Shown piece after piece: positions 26,347 through 40,623 of a stretch of DNA of 64,000 nt. The position numbers were made by a program, and so were the translations under genes. The notes under the pieces were generated by a model. That model ran no database searches, was not told the origin of the DNA, and saw only the letters and a list, made by a program, of their open reading frames with translations. Origin of the DNA: Eledone cirrhosa (taxonomy: Eukaryota); assembly GCA_964016885.1 (NCBI GenBank), contig OZ024755.1, positions 18,910,001-18,974,000 on the forward strand. Direction: 5' to 3'. How positions within the stretch are numbered: the first letter of the stretch is position 1; the number at the start of each line of letters is the position of its first letter.

Positions 26347-27701
26347 ATAGCATAAGGAAACAGCCATCGTAGTATCATAATGCACAAATAATCATATCAG
26401 AACCATGAATCATAGATAAAATGTGAAAAAAATCTCAAAAACTAAGTATCTGAAAATAATCGGTAACTGAAGAAAATGGTGAAAATTTAATAAGGAATAA
26501 ACAGGTTTAAAATAGTTGTAAAAGGCATGAAATAAATATTTATATAAAGAAGGATAAAAATATACGAGCAAGCATGTATATATGAGGAGCAAGTTTATAT
26601 AAGAATAGTTGAAGAAACACGGGCCTGTGATTCCAATAGGATTTACGTTTGGCATCGTTGTAAAATGTTTAAACATAGCGAAACAAAATTTCGAGTGAAA
26701 ACCAGTGAAAAGCCAACAGTGCATAAGAAATAAAAAGGATTTGTGTGAGTTATGTCTGGGAAAAAAAAGTTACAAGTATCTTAAGATTATATAACAAAAG
26801 CAGGACCTATATAGCAATTATAAAAACACATTGTAAACATTGTTTACATAATGCTGCTTGCACACAACATCAACAACATAACCAGGATAATTTCAATTGT
26901 TTCACAGCTACATGTATTACATATACAAATACATACATACAGACACACATAAACACACACTCTCTCTCTCTCTACCTTCCCCGATCCTTATACATAAACA
27001 GACATTGAGAGATACACAAGTCTAAACCATAAAAAACAAAAGGAATTTCTAGACAAGTTCTGCATAATGCCCAGCAAATTATTCAATATAATGGTTATTA
27101 CAGAGTTTTTTGGAACAGCTTCCATTCTCCCGAATGTAGCTTGACAGCAAGACATAGTTACTATTACAATTCAAGTTACAAACAGAAATAAATAAATGGA
27201 CAAAAATCCTCTAAACACAAGAAACTCAACATATGTCAGTAATTTGAAAGCTTACTGAAGATTAGGGTGATAAGAAAAGGGTTACAAGCATTAAATCTGT
27301 TGTTTTGATATTTATTTCTCCATGTAGACGTGAGGGTTTGATGGTTCTACAAATTGACACATTTTTACATGAATAATTACAGTGAATGTTTTTTTTAAAG
27401 CTTCTTAACAGTAATCACTCTGTTATAAAGTGTAATTTGAACCTATTTGCCTTCTCTGAATGGGGCTAGGGGAAGGATATATCTAACCAGATGTTCTGAT
27501 TTGACCTTTAAGTCAGTACACTACCACTTTAACCACTCACCAACTATTTAGTTATTTCTTGTTGTTTAATCAATATAGGGATAGTAGATAGCGATATATC
27601 TAAAATATTGGTGGATAAGGGTATGATTTGTATTGCGATTGAACTGAATTTGAACAGGACCTTTCACAACAAATGTATATAAAATCTTATACGTACACAT
27701 A

Positions 27702-27982
27702 GAGGCACATGAACTAGTGGCAAGGGTGTTAGATTTATGTTTATATATGTTGTTGGTCCTGGACTGGGTTGTGTATTGTGTTCTTGAGCAAAACACTTCA
27801 TTTCGTGTTGCTCCAGTATACTCAGCTAAAAATAAGTACCAGCAATAGCTGGGGGGTTTAACTCTGAGATAGACTGACATCCTATCTGGGGGAGGGGTTC
27901 TTGTACTCTCAGTTGCTTAATGCCATGGAAACCAGGATAAACGCCTGATGAGTCTCTGAGCTTAAGACAGACTTTAGACTTA
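27702..27982 (+). mobile_element. SINE B variant, full length
   Basis: gaggcacatgaactagtgg head; cttgagcaaaacacttcatttc; acagactttagactt tail; similar to 62345-62572. Confidence 0.8.
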
Positions 27983-28129
27983 AAACCTACATATCTAAGG
28001 TGTTGTTTAATAAGAGAGCTTACTCCTAGTTTTCACAGAGCTAGTAAATGAAGAGAATTACATTTTCCTTTCATCTACCATATTCATACAAGATTAATAG
28101 GAATACAACACAACTTAATATATGATTAG

Positions 28130-28340
28130 CCCTTTAGCATTTAAACCGGCCATATCCAGCCAGAATTCCCTCATCTCTTTCTGTTTAAACTGGCCATAAC
28201 AGGCTGCTCATGCTTATGTTAAGGTATTGTTCTCAAAATAAATAATATCAAAATTTAATATGCAAGATATTTATGTGAGATAATGTGTTTACTGTGAAAA
28301 TACAATAGTATATAGATAGAGTATTGTAAATGCTAAAGGG
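28130..28340 (+). mobile_element. MITE family 1
   Basis: TIRs and internal sequence shared with other copies. Confidence 0.85.
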
Positions 28341-28879
28341 TTAACCTGAAAACTATCCTATTTTTAATCCCCCCCCCCCCCACACCTCATTAATATCTTG
28401 CATTTTTATTTCCCATTTTCAAAAAGGGCCAATAATATTTTGCATCATTTCCTTATAACTGTTCCATGTAACTCAGGCTGCTACTGGTAGGGTTTTAGAT
28501 AAAGTGAGATACTTTATTTCACACAGCCTATCTACAGTAGTCAATATAATAGAAACAACAGCAACCTATATAATATTTCTGAATGGCAAGTGACAATGCT
28601 AAATATAGAATACAGATACAGAACTAATTATAGGAACCTAAACGCACACACACACACACACAATCAAACAAACACACAAATACACACAGACACCATAATC
28701 AAACTCACACAGATACATGCAGACACCCCCACCTCACCCACTGAAGTAAGAATAAGAGATAAGTCATATACAGATACATATATCCCATATATTGTAATTT
28801 ATTTTATCATCTTAATATGATAAAAATGTTATTAAAAGAACCAGAAAATACCCCTAAAAAGTGTATGGATTACAAGCAG

Positions 28880-29250
28880 GGCTAGTACCTGGGTATTTAG
28901 CAGCCTTGGCTAGCTCTACAATGTGTAGCTAGGTATTTAGCATCCTTGGCTGGCCCTAAAATGTGAACCTGGGTATTTGGCATCCTTGGCTAGCCCTAAA
29001 ATGTGAACCTGGCTATATAGTAACCTAGGCTAACCCTACAATGTGTACCTGGGTATTTAGCACCCTAGGCTAGCCCTACAATGTGTACATGGGTATTTAG
29101 CATCCTTGGCTAGCCATGCAATGTATACCCGAGTATCAGCCTAGGCTAGCTCTACATTGTGTACCTGGGTATTTAGCACCCTAGGCTACCCTACAGTGTG
29201 AACCTGGGTATTTAGCACTGTAGGCTAGCCCAACAATTTGCCCTACAATT
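28880..29250. repeat. Diverged minisatellite, about 40-bp unit, about 9 copies
   Basis: cctgggtatttagcatccttggctagccctacaatgtgta. Confidence 0.9.
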
Positions 29251-31002
29251 TGCACTCCCAGTTATGTGCTTCATTCTCACAAATAAAATAATTTCAACTC
29301 CAAGTTTGTGGCAAGCTGACCACACTAACAAAACTACTAAGCCTGCATTTCTACTACACCGTCCACATTCACCTGTCATACCATGTGACAGGATATAATA
29401 TTATGCAACTCTCTACATCACTTTGGATATTTCCAGAATGCTGTTACATGGAAAAGATGTTTAGTGACATATATATTGATTGCAGAGAATTATATAATTA
29501 CGTTAATTATACAAATTTGTACAACACTGTGATTCTTTAAGGTTCAGTAATGTACCACCCTGGGATCTGTTCCCTAGATAGCTGCTTAGTTGGTTTAATG
29601 TTAGCACTAGCCATGACTACAACCTGGAAACTGTTTTATAGATACAAATATTTTGGGACATTAAATCATATGAGGAAAATATTTAATCATCCAAAATCAA
29701 GTTTAATTGGTTATTAAAACTAAAACAAACCATTAAAATATTGAAGATTTTATTGAAATCTGAACAACTGAAAAATTAACGGACATATATACCCAGAACA
29801 AAAATCAACAGCATAAAATTATTGAAAGCCAACCATAGCAACTATTTCAATCGTATAATGCATATTTCAGCTGCTAGCAGTAAGATTTTGGCTCATTACC
29901 GAGACAAATCTATTGATTACTGGTCGTTACAGATAGCATCACAAGACAGTAGTGTATTGTGCACTTTTAGCTTAATCTTATTTTCACTTTTTCCTTGCTA
30001 CCTAACAACACGTATATAATAACTGTACACATCCCTCACAATCTCTGCAGCACAATTTATTCCTAATATAGCTACATAGCTAACACTTAGATTAGTAACA
30101 ACATTATTCCTAATATAGATATATAGCTAAGATTTAGACTTTAGTGGCATAGCAGTTAGAGAATTGGATTCGCAATCATGGGGTTGCGAGTTCAGTTCCC
30201 AGGCCAGGAGATGCATTATGTCCTTGAGCAAGATGCTTTATTTCACATTGCTCCTTCTGCCATGAGTTGCAACTGGTTGAAAGTATGATTTAGACACTAC
30301 TAACTACATTATTACTAATATAGCTATATAACTAAGATTTAGGCACTACTAACTACATTATTCCTAATATAGCTATATAACTAAGATTGGTAAGGTTGGC
30401 AAGCTCTCATTTAGCATAAAAGTTTGCTCTTGATAGGGGGGAAGTAACATTTTATTTTGGAAACCTTTGGTTTAAATTTTTTTTCCGATTACAATCCACT
30501 TTTATAATTTAATAAAATACAAAATACTAGTGGGGGGTGATACTTTGAAGAGCAAAATTCTTTCATTTTTATTTTTGTTGTCTTTTTATTAGAGAAATAA
30601 CATCACTTAATCATAAGCAGTAATCAGCTTCATAATCTAGCAAAATGTTGAGCTAAATATGAATCTTTAAGACAAGTAAAGGAAGGGCTAGGAATATTAG
30701 ACAGCTACTAAATCTTCTTTGAATTGGGTGATGATAGTAAAGGAGAAAAGATTCACTGATCAGATTGATTCCACACTAAAAGGCAAGGCTATCAGCAAAT
30801 GGAAATATTAGGAAGATTTATTTCATTTACAACTATTTTGAAAAACAAACTGGATTGTAGAAATTACTCAGAAATAACTGAAATAGTGAAATTGGTGTTT
30901 TTGAAATAAATGTAGGAGGAGAAAATTAAGAAGTTGACTGATAAGAAAATTTGGTAATGTGATAAAGGTCAGATGTTATCAGTTGGTGTAAATTGGTGTT
31001 TA

Positions 31003-31195
31003 AATAAAATTAGAATTTGGTTTTTCGTTCTAACATAGCGGATACGTAAATGGATGGTGATGGTCATCTGAAAAACGTAGCCTAATGAGGTTATTTACTT
31101 GCTAACGAATTGAATATTATTATTCGATATAAAAATCACAAATACATTTATGTATCTGCTATGTTATAGAAAAGAAACAAATTCTAATTTTGTTT
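31003..31195. mobile_element. MITE with about 48-bp imperfect TIRs; partial second copy at 31385-31490
   Basis: aaaattagaatttggtttttcgttctaacatagcggatacgtaaatg versus catttatgtatctgctatgttatagaaaagaaacaaattctaatttt. Confidence 0.65.
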
Positions 31196-32794
31196 TTAAT
31201 TTTCGGCAAAGCCAGCTTGAAAATCGCTTGGTATGCAAATTAGGCTAATCAGCTGATGCATACTTTAGAGAATACTACATATTCTCAAGAGTGTGACAGA
31301 AAAGAGAGATACACAATCTTGACAAAGGGCAATAATCCAGAAACAATATTAATGTTGATTGTTTCTCTGTCACCTCTAGAACAAAAGAATGGCAATAGTC
31401 ATCTAAAAAACATAGCTTAATGAGGCTGTTTACTTGCAAACGAATCGAATATTATTATTATTATTCGATATAAAACTCACAAATACATTGTTGTTTAAAT
31501 ATTTAGTGACATAACTTGGAAATAAACGAAATTGAAGTAGTGGATACAATGCTTAAAAGTAAGGCAAGCAATTTAAGATGAAAGGACAGTTTATCTATTC
31601 ATCTAAAGAGAAATATTATTGAACACAATCCTATAAGGTCAAAATAGTTTTAAAAAGATCTCTTAAATATATCAGACATCAATATTTTAATTTATTCTAT
31701 TTTTAGTAAAGTTAACTTAAATTTCAGTTTTCTAAAGCTGGATGTAAAATGATCAGACAACAGCCATTATATTTTATAATATGAAATTTTATTGGATTCT
31801 ATGATATCTTAGAGATCAGAGCCTATTTACATTCAAATGTAACCCTCTTCTTTTCTATAGAACATCTCATTTAAGAACCATTGAAATTATAATGATGATG
31901 AGACTGATAGTTACTCCAGCAACAACAACCAATTTAACCACCACCACCACCACCACTATCACTACCACTAACACCACCACCAACAACAACACAATCACTG
32001 CCAACACCAGCACCACCACATCACCAACACCACCACCGCCGCTATCACCCTGATAACAATTACCAGCAACCTGGTCATATAGTTTATTTTGATATTGATT
32101 TCTCTGTAGAACTAACTAGAAATATATTCATGCTCTCATCAAGACAGCAGAGGAGTTCAAGAGAAGATTCTTGCATGTGAAAGAATCATAAATCAGATTT
32201 GACCAGTTTCCAAAAGTAAAATAAACAGAAAAATAATTGAAATCAGTCAGGTTAATGACATGTTGATAGAAAATAACTTTCCCTATTTTCATTTTTAGAG
32301 GAGGTGGAGGGAGGGAATGGGGGAAGGGGGGGGGGGGGGGGGTAAAAAAATAACATCTCTGTGTAAAAGAACAAAAATTTAATAGGAAAATTTATTCATG
32401 AACCAACATAAATGAGATTTTAAAACCTATATTTTCGCACACACATATAATTATTCCCTGAAGCACTTTTTGCCTTGAAAGAATGAAGATGATGTAGAGT
32501 GGAAAAGACTCCTGGGTCATGTAAGAGCAAAGCAGCCTCTCCAGCATTGGCCCCATGATAAAGTACACTCAGTACACTCTGTAAAGTAGCTGATAATTGA
32601 ATCAGAGACAACATAGGATATAAAAGGCTCTTTAGTTGAAACCATGACAATCTCTTTGGAGCAGGTGTCATGATAAAATGCACCCAGTACACTCTGTTAA
32701 ATTGTTCATGTTAGGAAGATCATCCATCCATAAAAACCAAGCCCAAAAGTTGGACATATATGGTACACATCCAACCCTGGCTACATATGTCAAA

Positions 32795-32878
32795 CCTGTT
32801 CATGAAGATTATGAACAGGGGAAGTGATAGTATGCACTCTTGGTGGAGTCTGACACCCACAATGTATGGTTTTGACTT
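32795..32878 (-). pseudogene. RTE-type reverse transcriptase fragment
   Basis: KSKPYIVGVRLHQECILSLPLFIIFMNR resembles GLRQGCVLSPLLFIIFMDR. Confidence 0.65.
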
Positions 32879-33636
32879 AGCATGGTATTTCAGTCAAGCA
32901 ACAAAGTCACACAGTCTGTTAGGATCAAATATACATACTTAAAATAAGCATTAAGCTTTTCATTAGTGTACTTCTAGTACTTTGTACTTTAATTAATTAA
33001 TAAAGACTTTAGGAAAGATTAACTAAAATTATAACTTCATTAATATGGTATTTGACATATAACAAAATCATCATCAACAGCATCATCATTTAACAACCAT
33101 TCTTCAATGGTTGCATGGTTTAGATGGGTTGTCCCCCATTATGAAACAAGTCATCAGGTGACATCCTGCTCATAAAAATCTGTATTTTGGCTTGGTTTTT
33201 ATGACTTGATGCCCTTCTCAACACCAATCACATTATAGTGTGGACTGGGTGCTTTTTATTGTGACACCAAAAAACGATCTAACATGGTGGACTGGTTGCT
33301 TAAGTAGGAACCCTTTAAAATGGGCAATTTTGTTTCACAGCAGCAGAGGCCTGTTTTTGGTGGGTGGGTTGGTATGAAAAAAGGCTGATATATTTCTCAT
33401 CAATGTTTTCATAACCCCCCCTTTTTTTTCATAATGATAAATGTGCTTAAATGAACTTTTTCTGAACTTCTTTGGTTTTACATTCAACATTTTGATGATA
33501 AAATATGTCTTTCACAAACACACATACACACACATTCATGGCATGTTGCACATTTTCATATGTGCTTGTGAGTTGATTTCAGTACATTTCTAATTAAATA
33601 ATTGGTGAGTAATGCTTAATGTTAGTTTCCATTATT

Positions 33637-33995
33637 TGGCAGTATCGGTAGAGGGTCGGACACCATGCTTTCCAGCATAGTTACGTCCCTTTACGATCTG
33701 AGTTTGAATCCCGCCGAGGTTGACTTTGTCTTTCATCCTTACGGGGTCGATAAAATAAAGTACCAGTAATGCACTGGGTAATTGCTGGCCTTGTGCCTAA
33801 AGTAGAAACAATTATTTATTGTCAGTAGAGGGTCAGACGCCATGCTTTGATGCATAGAGTTACGGCCCTTGCCATTCTCAGTTCAAATCCCGCCGAGGTT
33901 AACTTTGCCTTTCATCCCTTATGGGGTCGATAAAATAAAGTACCAGTAATACACTGCGATAATTGCTGGCCTTGTGCCAGAAGTAGAAACAATTA
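33637..33995 (+). mobile_element. Head-to-tail SINE A dimer
   Basis: Copies at 33637-33816 and 33823-33995, both followed by attatttattgtca. Confidence 0.9.
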
Positions 33996-34791
33996 TTTAT
34001 TGTCACCGTAATTTATATATCTACACACACAGTATGCTCTCTCTATATTTTTCAACTCAATATTTCATCAAAGGAAGCTGGTCAATCTTATAATGTGGTT
34101 ACTATATATTAAATATATAGTATAGTGAAGAGGTAGAGTTTGTCACCAAACTAATGTTATATATACTCCCTACATTACATGACTGATCAACATGAGTTGA
34201 TACATCCTGTGCACATTGAATGGAAACAAAGAATTGCTATATGTCTTTCATCCATGTAAGGTCAATAAAAAAAATACCAGTCTAATACTGGGGTCAATAC
34301 TTCCCCTATATATCTTTCTCACTTCCTTTCTCTCACTCTCTATCCTTCTCTGGAGGAAATTTGCTACATTCAGACCTGGAGAGCAGATGGGTTCCGCTTG
34401 GTTTAAAAAAAAATGTCCTAGAAATGCTGTATATCAATATGGCACCCCTACAACTCCCTCAAGAGTTACAGGTCCATATAATTACTATATTATATATAAT
34501 TCCCACTATACATGACCAACCAACATGAGTTGGGACATCCTGTACAGACTGTCTGGAAACAAAGAATTACTACATGTGGTAAGAAACTCTTAGAAGAGCT
34601 GAACAGCAGAAGGTCTTCAGGGAAGAAACTCTGTTCAAGCAAATGTTTTGGATCTTACCTTCTATATTATATATATATATTACTATATTATATACAGTTC
34701 CTACATTACATCACCAACCAATATGAGTTGATACATCCTGTGTACACACTGTATAGAAACAAACAACTAAATATACTGTCTTCTGTTTTAA

Positions 34792-34996
34792 CCCTTTAGC
34801 ATTTAAACAAGCCACATCCGGCCAGAATACTCTCACTTCTTTCTGTTCAAACCGGCCGTAACTGGCCACTCATACTGACATTATGGTATTGTTTGCAAAA
34901 TAAATATCAAAATCTCATAGATTCAATATTATGTGAGATAAAGTGTTTACCATGAAAATACAACAGGATATATAGAGCAATGCAAATGCTAAAGGG
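34792..34996 (+). mobile_element. MITE family 1
   Basis: TTAA flanks and TIRs. Confidence 0.85.
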
Positions 34997-35855
34997 TTAA
35001 ACATTGAGTTCCTCTTTGATTGTGGCTTACTATAATTACTTGATCGGAATTTGAGATAACTACCTGTTCCAAATCCCTTATGTCATTAGATAAGGTAGAA
35101 TTATTATTGGAGCAATTGCTATCACCTGAATACCTTTCAAACAAACCACTCGACCATGGAATAGAAGGGAACTTATTTTATTTTTATTAATCTAACAAAC
35201 TGAAACAAATAGATTTATGAGTATTGCTCAGGAACACAACACACTTGATGTAGAAAATTTATACTAAGTTATAACCTTATTATTAGCTGGTTAACACCTG
35301 AATATCACAGCCACTGTATATACAATGACTGCAAGAGGGCATGCACACACATACAAACACAGACACACACACACATATGCACACACAACTAACTAACCAA
35401 CCAAAAGTAAACTTGATCTAAAATCAATCATGTGATGGTATTGCTACATCAGATAAATTAGGATTTATAATTTATTTTCCTAATTATATGACAGTAATTA
35501 GATAATTTGTACATATTTTAACAGAAGATATTTTATTGCTAATTTATATTTTTAATTTTTTTAAATTTTATTTCCAAGTCATCTCTGAAATTAAACAGAT
35601 CTATGATCAAAGACATTCCAGTCATGACCACCCAATCTTGATTTTAGACAATGTGTCTAGGACAATGTGCCCCTGTTATAAACAAATTACTATAACCTCA
35701 AAACTTGCAGACAATACTCAGCTCCCATCAAAATGTTTAACTACATCTATCACCCTATATCATAACCCTACATCATGACTCAAGCCTTTGCATGAAATAA
35801 TATCAAGAGAAAATAGCAAACCAATATAAAATTGTTTAACTTTAAACATACAGGG

Positions 35856-36501
35856 ATACAGTGATGTACCCCTTCTAAACCAGGTACATAGAGTGATGTA
35901 CCCCTTCTAAACCAGGTACATAGAGTGATGTACCCCTTCTAAACCAGGTGCATAGAGTGATGTACCTATTCTTATCCAGGTACATACAGTGATGTACCCC
36001 TTCTAAACCAGGTACATACAGTGATGTACCCCTTCTAAACCAGGTACCTGCAGTGATGTACCCCTTCTAAACCAGGTACATTCAGTGATGTACCCCTTCT
36101 AAACCAGGTACCTGCAGTTATGTACCCCTTCTAAACCAGGTACATACAGTGATGTACCCCTTCTAAACCAGGTACATACAGTGATGTACCCCTTCTAAAC
36201 CAGGTACCTGCAGTTATGTACCCCTTCTAAACCAGGTACCTGCAGTTATGTACCCCTTCTAAACCAGGTACCTGCAGTGATGTACCCCTTCTAAACCAGG
36301 TACATTCAGTGATGTACCCCTTCTAAACCAAGTACCTGCAGTGATGTACCCCTTCTAAACCAGGTACATACAGTGGTGTACCCCTTCTAAACCAGGTACC
36401 TGCAGTGATGTACCCCTTCTAAATCAGGTACATACAGTGATGTACTCCTAAATCAGGTACCTGCAGTGATGTACCCCTTCTAAATCAGGTACACGCAGTG
36501 A
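35856..36501. repeat. 32-bp minisatellite, about 20 copies
   Basis: cagtgatgtaccccttctaaaccaggtac(ata/ctg). Confidence 0.97.
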
Positions 36502-36759
36502 TAAATAAAGATAATATTGAATATATTTTTGCTGTTGTTGCTATTACTGAAAAACAAAAAACAAAACAAAACAATAAAAGAAGTAATGATGAATATGAGA
36601 GAGAAGCAACATACCTTTTCTTTGATAATACAGATAAAAGAGAAGAATAGAACCCTAATATAGTGGGTTGAGAAGATGTTTGACTTACCTACAAAAGAAA
36701 AAGAAAAGAGACTTTTACAAATCTTTCTAACTGAAATATATGCTACAAAAATTACAGTT

Positions 36760-36790
<31 letters not shown>

Positions 36791-36881
36791 AGTAATTCCG
36801 TCGGAAAGGTCCAGGAAAAAAGAGTGCTCTATGTAGGTTACAGAGCTTAATAGTTATATAATAAACAATATAAGGCAATTA

Positions 36882-36942
36882 TTTCATTTACCAGTGGTTT
36901 CTTGAAAGCAAACAAATTTTGCTTTCAATCATCAGAATGAAA
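36882..36942 (-). ncRNA. Type I hammerhead ribozyme, complete core
   Basis: UUUCAUU CUGAUGA UUGAAAGCAAA AUUUG UUUGCUUUCAA GAAA CCACUGG UA AAUGAAA: 7-bp helix I, 11-bp helix II, short near-palindromic helix III, GUA site. Confidence 0.85.
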
Positions 36943-36969
36943 AAATCCTGGTGTATTTATTGACAGTGG

Positions 36970-37015
<46 letters not shown>

Positions 37016-37253
37016 CAAGGAAAAGACAAAGCAAAGATACAAAACGTTTTATTAGTTTCATGCTTTATATGGAAAAGGGGAAAGAAACTTCAACTTGTTG
37101 GGCTTTAGCTCTTCTTCGGGAGTACAAAAAATAGAGACATTTAGTGATTCACAGTAAAATATGAAAAATCAAGTATAACTTGAACTATTTTCTTAAATTA
37201 GTTTGATAAATACGTTGTTGGGGTATAAGCATTTTTATTTTATATAGAAACTA

Positions 37254-37352
37254 CAGGATTAAAACTGTTTCATTCATACAAAATCATAAAAAATGTCCAA
37301 GATATTCTTGATGATTTCATACAAATGAAACAATTCTAGTCCTGAAGAAATC
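37254..37352. ncRNA. Inverted pair of decayed hammerhead relics (family of 54212)
   Basis: + strand TTGATGA tttcatacaaat GAAAC aattctagtcctg, with a diverged inverted copy just upstream. Confidence 0.5.
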
Positions 37353-38524
37353 ATGATATATACATATATATTTACACATACAGATATATACACACCTTAT
37401 AAGTCTGTCATGTTATTTTGTTTTTCTCTACCGTGATGAAGAGAAATATATTGGTATTTATTTTCAATAAGAGACACTGGTTGTGAAACCAGTCTACTTG
37501 TAATATATTTGAGTAATTGGAAATATACTGGAAATAAGTATATTTGAAGGACATTACTCTAAATATACCATCTAGCAAAAGAAGTAAGTAAGTAGCTAGC
37601 TGTAAACGAGTGAGAATGTTTAGCCAGTAATTCTGGTAATAACTAGCAGACATTTAGAAATAAGTTGCGGTCTTTATTTATATTGACTGATCTGAAGTGG
37701 AAATCAATGAAGACCACCATCGTGTACAAGTAAATATATTTTCCTTAAAATAACCACAGATCAATAAATGCAACAATTAATATTGAGTAGACAACCGCCT
37801 GCAGGAGATGGTCCTTCATATATTTACCTATCAATATATAATTAACGACCAACTGTTTTAATGACTTCAAGAGAATTTGCTCCAGGACTTACTTTCTTTA
37901 GGTTCTTAATAATTATTCAATATCAATCAAGTTTTCACAACTTGTCTAGGCAGTCGTTGGAAGGTGCCACTCTAGACATTTGACTATGTGTGTGTCCATA
38001 ATGGTATTTCAGTGGGTCTTAGAAATGCTTGGCAGTAGCCATCTCTTCTTCAAGCATCAGTCCCTCATTTAGATTAATTAGCCTGCCGGCAGAAACAGTT
38101 ACCAGAGGAAAGATCGCTGCAAAATGTGCTGGAGCCAAATATGAGTATCAAGTGAAAACCAGTGAACCCATCCCTCCCTGAAGATGTTACTGCCAGACAT
38201 CAAACTATTTTCTCTAACTGAACATCTTAGTTTTGAGACAACGTTTCTTTAAAACCTGGATAATGATACGTCTTATATTGCAACAACATTTCTTCAAATC
38301 ACTTTATTGTATTTTCAAAGGAACTTTAGATAACACTATGTCCAATTATTAGTAGCTTAAATAAATTGTTATTGACCAAAGACAAATGTTATACTAAAGG
38401 CTATGTGTTGTGAGTAATGACTGGAAGGAGAATTAAAAATAAATCAGAGATACTTAGAAAAACAAAACAGTAACTAAATGGGGTCTGCAAGAAGTCTACT
38501 TTTTGAAGGGGAAAATGGCCTTAA

Positions 38525-38732
38525 CCCTTTAGTATTTAAACCGGCCATATCCAGCCAGAATTCTCTGGCCTCTTTCTGTTCAAACCAGCCTTAACCAGCC
38601 ACCTATACTGATATTAAGGTATTGTTCTCAAAATAAATAATATCAAAGTTTCATAGATTCAATATTATGTGCGATAAAGCCTTTACCAGGAAAATATAAT
38701 AGTAAATATAGAGTAATGTAAATACTAAAGGG
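38525..38732 (+). mobile_element. MITE family 1
   Basis: TTAA flanks; TIRs ccctttagtattta / taaatactaaaggg. Confidence 0.85.
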
Positions 38733-40264
38733 TTAAGATGCTTCTTGTTTCATAGACATTCTCTTGTCACTCTCATTATCGGAAATGGAATAAGCAAGCC
38801 TATTGAAAACCAATGGTTCGCAAATTGTTAAAAAAAACATGATATAAATTAGAAAATAATAAAACCCTCAAAAAATCCATAAAAAGATGGAGAGGTATTT
38901 GTTTTTACATAGTTAAGTTCTTTAGACAACTTAAACCATTTAATTATGCTTTTACAGGAATATTGTTACAGAACATTCAAACTGAAGAATTTCTTTACAG
39001 AATTGTGGGTTTATTTTTTTTGAATAAATATTTTAATGAAATATAATAAAATATCTGTACATATTTCTTCCTCGTTAATTTATTTCCTTCCATAAAATAT
39101 AATTAAGAATATCATCAATAAATTTTTATGGTAGCTAATTAACCAAAAGCTCATTAATAAATAGCTGATAAACATGAATGATAACTCCCTCCCTCCCCAT
39201 TTGCAAAAAAAAAATGATTAATTACTAATTCACATGTTAAGACAAACCACAAACCCATATGTTATCATACAGCAGGGGTGTGGGGTGAAGAGATAATTTG
39301 TGATGTAAATGTGAAAGGAGATACAGGCCCCACAATACCTAATGGTTTGGAAAACACCTAATAGTCTATTGCACACACAATACACACAACACACACAACA
39401 CAAACACAACACATACATACACAACATATACACACACAACACAACACACACACACAACACAACACAAAGCACATACACACATAACACAATACACAAGGAT
39501 TCCTTTACAGTTTGCTTAGAAACATAACCATTCTGATTAATAGAAAAAACCAAGCTATAGAAGAGAATATAAAGAAAGTATTGGATTTATTTAAACACTG
39601 AAAAGAAACTAACACCAAGTTATTATAGAACAGAATTCTACTTTGAAAATCAAATATCTTAAAATTCTCATTAGCCATACACATTCTCTAGTTAGTTTTA
39701 TTCCATCTCTTTTAGATTTAAATAGATAATAGTTGCATTCGTTTTCTTTCTTTTTGTTGCGGTTGTTGCTTTTTGGGGGGTAGGAGGGGGAGGGGGCGAA
39801 TAAAATATTGTCTATTATAAAAAGAAAAAAAGAAAACCAATTAAATGTAGCAATTTCTAGATGCAGGGATAAAGGGGGAGGGGGGGGGGCTAGTTTTTAA
39901 ATACCATTGCTAACTGGGCAAAGTTCAGAGAATTAAACAAGACAACAGAGCTAATTTTGTCAACAAATTGAATTTAATGAAAAATCAGATTAAAGATTAA
40001 AAAAAAAAACAGAAAAAATTATGGAAACAGAAATTTGTAAGAACAAAAAAAAAGTCTTATTTCTTTATTTAATGTGAGTGAAGTGTGTGTGTGTGAGATT
40101 GTGTGCATGTGCTTAGGAATGTGTTTGTGCATGTGCAAAGGAATGTGTGTGCAGTGAGATGGAACGGAGTGAGAAGGAAATAAGTGAAAGATATGGTAAT
40201 GGGATGGAGGGGTGGAAAAAGAAATTAAAATACAATGTAAGAAAGCAGAGGAGTTTATGATGAC

Positions 40265-40295
<31 letters not shown>

Positions 40296-40395
40296 AAGAA
40301 ATCTAAACGATATATAGTGAATGCTAAACAATAAGACCAAACTAATTATGATATTGGTTTCAGGGAAAATGATCTGGTATGTTATAACTTTTGAG

Positions 40396-40434
<39 letters not shown>

Positions 40435-40623
40435 GCCTATATATATATACATATGCCTATATATATATATATATACATATATATATTTATTAAAATAACA
40501 GATTAAAATAACAGATTAAAGATTTTAATAAATATTTGCTCTACGGTTCTTATATATTTGATATATATTTATCCTTATCGAGCCCTCTTTGGATTTTAGT
40601 CTTCAAATTTATTATCATTACTA

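Noticed and set aside
25098-26387. ORFs up to 306 aa (poly-D, M, S, I, H)
   Set aside because: Open in most frames on both strands because (GAT)n lacks stops; no splice or coding context
26380-26730. Possible additional Penelope-like relic with GAAAC
   Set aside because: No CUGANGA box or pairing helices found
32110-32220. Protein-like stretch KYIHALIKTAEEFKRRFLHVKES
   Set aside because: Bounded by stops with a weak acceptor; too short to support
37075-37125. Hammerhead-like CGAAGAagagctaaagccc on the minus strand
   Set aside because: First box mutated and GAAA absent; at most a heavily decayed relic
37943-37978. Hairpin tgtctag...ctagaca as a possible pre-miRNA
   Set aside because: Stem too short and poorly paired
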